From assembly GCF_048593235.1 (NCBI RefSeq), contig NC_133620.1, forward strand, positions 343,827,200 through 343,869,764: 42,565 nt of DNA, read 5' to 3'. A program made the translations under genes and the position numbers. The notes under the pieces are model-generated. The model saw nothing but the letters and a program-made list of their open reading frames with translations, searched no databases and was not told the DNA's origin. This document shows positions 36,300-42,565 of this stretch, piece by piece. Origin of the DNA: Sminthopsis crassicaudata (Eukaryota). Numbering within the stretch: the stretch's first letter is position 1; each line of letters opens with the position of its first letter.

Positions 36300-36570
36300 G
36301 AATAATAAATTTTGTATTTGTATTACGTAATAGCAAATATAATAAAAGATGCAGTACATATTATATAATCAATATATACATTTGAAACATTGTTACTTTA
36401 TATTTTATATATATATATGATTTTTACATTTCATATTTATATTGTTATATATTTATGTTATATATTCACATTTTATATTTCATATTCGGTTATTTATATT
36501 AATATTTTAATATTATTTGTGTATTTCTATTATTGTACTATTTTTCTTTTCATATTATGTATAATAATAA
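36300..36570. repeat. Very AT-rich low-complexity tract
   Basis: TAT/ATA/TTT degenerate repeats, almost no G/C. Confidence 0.7.
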
Positions 36571-37325
36571 ACAAAGCATCTTTTAATGGGCTCCTTCAGT
36601 ACAAACTGACCAATTCTAGGCATCCAATGTACTCCTTGTTTTCTGTTCCAGTACCATATGTTGGAAGAGAACTATGACTTTCCCAGTAGATTTTTTCTCT
36701 TGATCTATCCCTAGGTCAGAATTGTTGGGGTATTTTGAAGGACCCAAACTTCCCTAATTTCTACACTTTTGAGTTCTGCCTCTCCTCCCTGCTCAGAACA
36801 CCATATTCTCATGCTGGTCAGGTTCCCTTCCAGTCTTTCTTCTGTGTTCTAAACTGTCCCTTGACACCTCCTGGGCCAAGAAAATGTGCTTGTTAAACAG
36901 GCTGTCAGAACTGAAAAAGGACCTTAGAGATAATCTAGTCCAATTTCCAAACTATATATGAGGCAAATAAGACCCAGGAGGTAAGTTGTAGCTTTTCCAA
37001 GATCAAACAATAAGTTAGTGGGAGAGCAAGACACAGAGTCCTAGACTTGAATACTTTCAGCTACATCATTCTACCTTCTATCCCCTTTTCATGGGATTCT
37101 GTTCTCTGCTTTCTAGAGCAACTAGTTGAATAAATTTATTTGTATTAATATTATTGGGTACAGATATGTACCCCTTCTTATCTTATAAGGACTTCTGTAT
37201 CAGATGACTGATTCAATTTATCTTATAAATGGGAATTTTGAGAATTGTGGGAAACTTTGGGTTGAAGGAAGGTAAGGAGGAGTTATAAATCTTGAGATCT
37301 CTTATAATTACAGTAAATGTCCTGA

Positions 37326-37580
<255 letters not shown>

Positions 37581-38267
37581 TAATTCCCAGAGCAAAAGAA
37601 TAAGAAGGATTCAGGAGATAGTCATGTGATTAAATTCTAGTTTTGCTCTGATTTAAGGACAGTGGATTGCATTCAGCCTCACTTCTTAAAAGGGGTGGGA
37701 CTAAGTATTCAGTGGAACTCAACATTATTTAAGAAATGGGGTAACATTGTAATCTGGAGGGGAGGCAGGAATAAATGGATTTTAAATGTTTTGTCCTAAA
37801 TTAATGATTTTATTGTATTAGTGGTAGGAATTAGAAAGCTCTGCTGAGAAAGAATATGATGTTTGGATGGACAAGTTCAAGGTTTCCACAGGCACTTGCC
37901 AAGTAGTTAGAACATCACAGATATTTCTAGACTTCCTCATTTATGTGCCATTGGTGAAATGGCCAGGTGGGGGAGCTGCTAGTTCCTTGCCAGATAATGG
38001 TGCTTCCTCAAGTAGTAGTAATAATAACAAAAACTAGCATTTCTCCAATGCTTTTTGGTTTGCATAATTTTTTTTTTTTTTTTTTTACAAATAATGTTTC
38101 CTTTTGGCTAATCACAGTTCTTGCCTCATCAAGTATCAAGAATAAGTTAAGGGAACTTGTCTGCTGTCCCAAGCTCTTTCCTGTTTTACCATGTTAAAAG
38201 ATAGGGCCCTTTGTAGCCATACTATATTTTCGTGGCTTCTCCATTCCCTTAATTTTGTGTTCCGTAG

Positions 38268-38567
<300 letters not shown>

Positions 38568-39779
38568 TAAGGCCTGAAGTTATAATTTGGAAGGACTGAT
38601 TGAGGTGAGCTGGTGTGATCACAAGGAAGAAGGTTTTCCAGGGTCAGAGATCTAGAGCTGGAAGGGAGCTTATGTGAAGAAGAGATCCAGAATGATGAAG
38701 GAACTGCCCAGAGCCACACAGGTAGTAGGAAGCATCAGGACAATTTGGCCTGGGTAAAAGAAGGCCAGAGATGGATGGAACAGACTTGAGTTAGTATGTT
38801 TGACATGGACAAAGATGCTGCTGCAGGCCATAAGTGACAGGGTGAAGGCTTTGAGAATTTTTTGTGGTGAGATCAAAAGTTAGGGATATAAGCTCCTGGC
38901 CATAAAAGGATTGAAGCATAAATTCAATTTGTTGTCACTGCTACTCAATGAAATGAGCTAAACAATCTCAGACCTTTTGGTAAACAAAATATTAAATAAG
39001 GGGCAGCTAGTAGCTGTTTCTTGTTTTTACTGTAAATGGGCCTAACTTCAAACCAGATAGATTCAGAAAGAATTTCCCCACAAAATGATGGAAAGTCCTA
39101 TGCTGCATAATATAGAAAGTCAGCATGGTACACACTTGGAGCAAGAAAGACTAGGTTTGGGGTATGCACTTGATACTTAATTGCCATCTTGAGCAAGTCA
39201 TTTAACTTTTCTGAGCTGTTTTCTAATCTGTAAGATGAGATAATAACACCTAATTTATAGCATTGTTGTAAGATTCAAATCAAATATCATGCCTATGAAG
39301 AATTTTCCAAATCTAAAAGGACTATGGAAATGTCAGCTACTGTTGCTGCTACTTATATCATAATTTTATCTATCCCTTTTTACTTGTTTACTGCCTTATT
39401 GCTATTTAGGTAACCTAAAATATTTTCTAATCCAACAAGCATTTATTAAATTAAGCACTAGTCTCTGTCAAGCATTGGGATAACAAAAACAAAACATAGT
39501 GGTCCCTGCCCTAAGGAGTCAACGTTCTTCTTGGAGAGGAGAAGGAGGAGGGTGATGGGGGGACTGCAGCTTGTGCAATTCAGAGTGCTAAGGAAGGGGT
39601 AATTGGAGTCCAAGAAAGTTGGCTACCATAGAGTGCATGGAAGGTAGCAGTGTTTCCATGAGTAAGCCATTTTTTTCTCTTGTAACCTCCTCTTTCTCAT
39701 CTTTAAGAAGAGGATAAATCTGCCTCATAGGAGTATTATGTTTAAATCTGTCTCATAGGAGTATTATGTTGATCAAAAT

Positions 39780-41200
39780 GAGGTCAACCAGTCAACAAAC
39801 ATTTGTTAAGCACTTAGTATGTATCAGACCCCTTGCTGATTTCTGGGGATACCAAAGAAAAGTCCTTGCCCTAAGAAATTTATATTTAAATGTTAGAAAT
39901 AATCTGTACATAGGTAGAAATTTATAAGATATACTGAATAGATGGAAGGTAACTTTAGACAGGAATGCTAATCTAGTGGCTGAAGGACCTTAGAAAGGCC
40001 ACCTACAGAAGATGGCTCTTGAGCTGAGTCCCAGTGGAAGCCAGGGCTTCTGGGAAAGTCCTGACCACAGAAGCCTCCCCACCCCTGCTTCACCTTCTTT
40101 TCCATTGCTTGGGGGAATCCAGATGTACATTCTAATAATGGAAATCTCATCCATAAATAATACTAGAGAACTGTAATACAAGCAGATATCTTGGATAAGA
40201 GAATTCAAAGTCATCATTACCTTTAAAAGAAATACTTAAATACTAATTGAGAAGTGGTAGGAAACAGAAGGGGACAAACACCTGTAACTTGTAGCTATAG
40301 CTTTATTTGTTATTATAAAGTCTCAAATCACAATTAAAGTATACTTGAAGGGTATATTGCCATAAGGGTATCTTCACTCAGTTAATTCCACACACACAAG
40401 GGACTCGAGAGAGGACAATTCAGAAGAAGCTATTAGATTTGGCAATTTAAAAGTCCTTAAGAGCAAAATTCCAGTTGAATGGTGAGGTCAGAAGTCAGAT
40501 TGCAGAGGGCTCAGAAGAGAGGGAGAGGAAATGCCATCAGTTGACTTTTTTCAGGGAAGTTAGCTAAGAAGAGGAGAGAAATGGGGTGAGAGCTGTTGGG
40601 GGGATTTTAAGGATGGGGAGACACATGAGCACGATTACAAACTATAGGAAAAGAATTGGTACTTACGGAGAGATAAAAAAATTAGAGTAAGGTTGCTAGA
40701 GCAATGTGCTGAAAATAGGGTGGAAGGGATATAGAGAGGAGTTGGACTTGAAGAATCACCTCTTCATCAGAGACATCGGTGAAGGAGGACATAGTGGGGA
40801 TAATGTCAGCACAATGTGTGATGAGAAAAGGGGAAGAAGAGAAAGCTGTCTGCCACTTGCCTTGATGTTTTGTGAAGCATAAAGGAAGATTCTTGGCTAA
40901 AAGGTGAGGGAAGGGCTGCTTGTGGGAGATGTGAGGAGAGAAGAGAAGGTTTAAAACAGCCACTGTGGTTTGTGAGATAGAAGCATTGCTTAGTAGGGAC
41001 ATTGGCATAATGGTTATGAAATAAATGTCATTCTGGCTGGGAAAATAAAGTAGCATCAGATTAGAGGTCCTGAATGTCAGGATATTAATGACTTTAAAGT
41101 TTACCTACTATAGAAGAGGGGACTTTTGGTGGCTGTAAATACTAGGACAATTTGTCTGGCAGTGTTGTGAAAGATAGGTTAGGGGTACAGAGAGAGGGTA
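39780..41200 (-). mobile_element. Fragmented L2 LINE
   Basis: Antisense tail caacaaacatttgttaagcacttagtatg and RT-like segment gctattagatttggcaatttaaaag. Confidence 0.6.
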
Positions 41201-41777
41201 AGTGTAAAATTCTGTGAAACCAAAACTTCAGGTATAGAACAGTAATAAGAATTTATATGGGTATAGTGGCAAGGAGACTTAGTGTCTGATTGAGCTGGCA
41301 AGGGACCAGAGAAAGTCCTTAGATAAAGTTGAATTTTACCCAGTTAGCTCAGTAGAAGAAAATATGGTGCCAAATGGTTAAGTAATTTGGTGAAAGGTTT
41401 TGATAAAATGGAGAGACATTGACTTTTGAAGACAAAAACCTAGATTCAAATCTCAATCCTGCTACTTATTTATATAATTCCCTATAAATTCCCTTGAACC
41501 TCAGTTTCCTCATCTTTAAGTGAGATTATTGGATTAGCTTTGCCCCAACCAGCTCCAAGATTTTTTTCCAATTCTAAATCTGTAATTCTACATCAAACAG
41601 AATGAGGAGAACCTGACTCATAGTTCTAAGTTCTTACTTTTTCTAAGATTATGTATAACATTACTATTTCCCAGAAGTCGGCTGGTTAATGAGAGTTAGG
41701 AAACAACTCCATCATATCACTTTCTTGAGCCAAGTTATTACCAGTGCTGAGCCTATTATGTAAACACATTCAGGTGA

Positions 41778-42116
<339 letters not shown>

Positions 42117-42565
42117 TAATACCTTTTTCTTTCCCTACGTCACTTCTTGGGATTAAGTGAATTATGAATGTTAGAGAAGTATAAGTGACAAGGAAAAGGT
42201 GAATTATTTTTTAGAATGAAAACTCTCCTGGTGTAGTGCATACCCTGAAGCTAGTAATGCCTTAAGCCAACAGAGTACTTTGGGGCATATCATTTACATG
42301 TGGAATATCTGTTGTCATTGGTCTTTCAGTTCAATTTGCCAAGGGTGCTGAGAATGCTTATTAAAAGGATTCTATTATATTTTCCTCTTTGTGTGTTTAG
42401 TTGAATTGTTACATTCTTTTTGGCTTCTCAGGAGCTCTTGCTTCAGCTTCCTAAATTGAGAGTCCTTGTAGCTTTCTTATGTAAGCCTCCCTAGTTCCTA
42501 AGCTTCTTGGTATTTATCTATTTTTGTGAAAGAATGGGAAGTCATACCCTAAGTATGAGCCCACT

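Noticed and set aside
39716-39771. 28-bp tandem duplication (26/28 identical)
   Set aside because: Lies in a decayed SINE tail; neutral local duplication

Overview
Vertebrate genomic DNA carrying the conserved GFAP-FAM187A-CCDC103-EFTUD2 block (the order seen at human 17q21.31). The repeat content (WSINE/Mar1-type tRNA-derived SINEs, marsupial-type L1 tails, an OC1-like hAT MITE) points to a marsupial, probably a dasyurid; this is an inference. Plus strand: GFAP exons 4-9 (CDS 253..5695, 5' part outside the window) and EFTUD2 exons 1-11 (ATG 17081, 3' part outside the window). Minus strand: CCDC103 (3 coding exons, 14572..12559, 246 aa) and single-coding-exon FAM187A (10520..9270, 416 aa). 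CCDC103 and EFTUD2 share a head-to-head CpG-island promoter with an RFX X-box. All exon boundaries were read by hand and are GT-AG with consistent phases, with one exception: GFAP exon 5 is 125 nt rather than 126, an apparent 1-nt frameshift that may be an assembly error. I found no clearly new multi-gene system. The best leads are: (i) a degenerate or frameshifted homologue of GFAP alternative exon 7a (delta/epsilon isoform) in intron 7; (ii) a strong splice acceptor 1 nt upstream of the FAM187A ATG, in a phase that would allow an in-frame CCDC103 exon 2-FAM187A chimera; (iii) the GFAP frameshift; (iv) a candidate poison exon in EFTUD2 intron 6; (v) an OC1-like MITE. Comparisons with human proteins and repeat consensus sequences are from memory, not from searches. 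Repeat boundaries are approximate unless a target-site duplication (TSD) is given.
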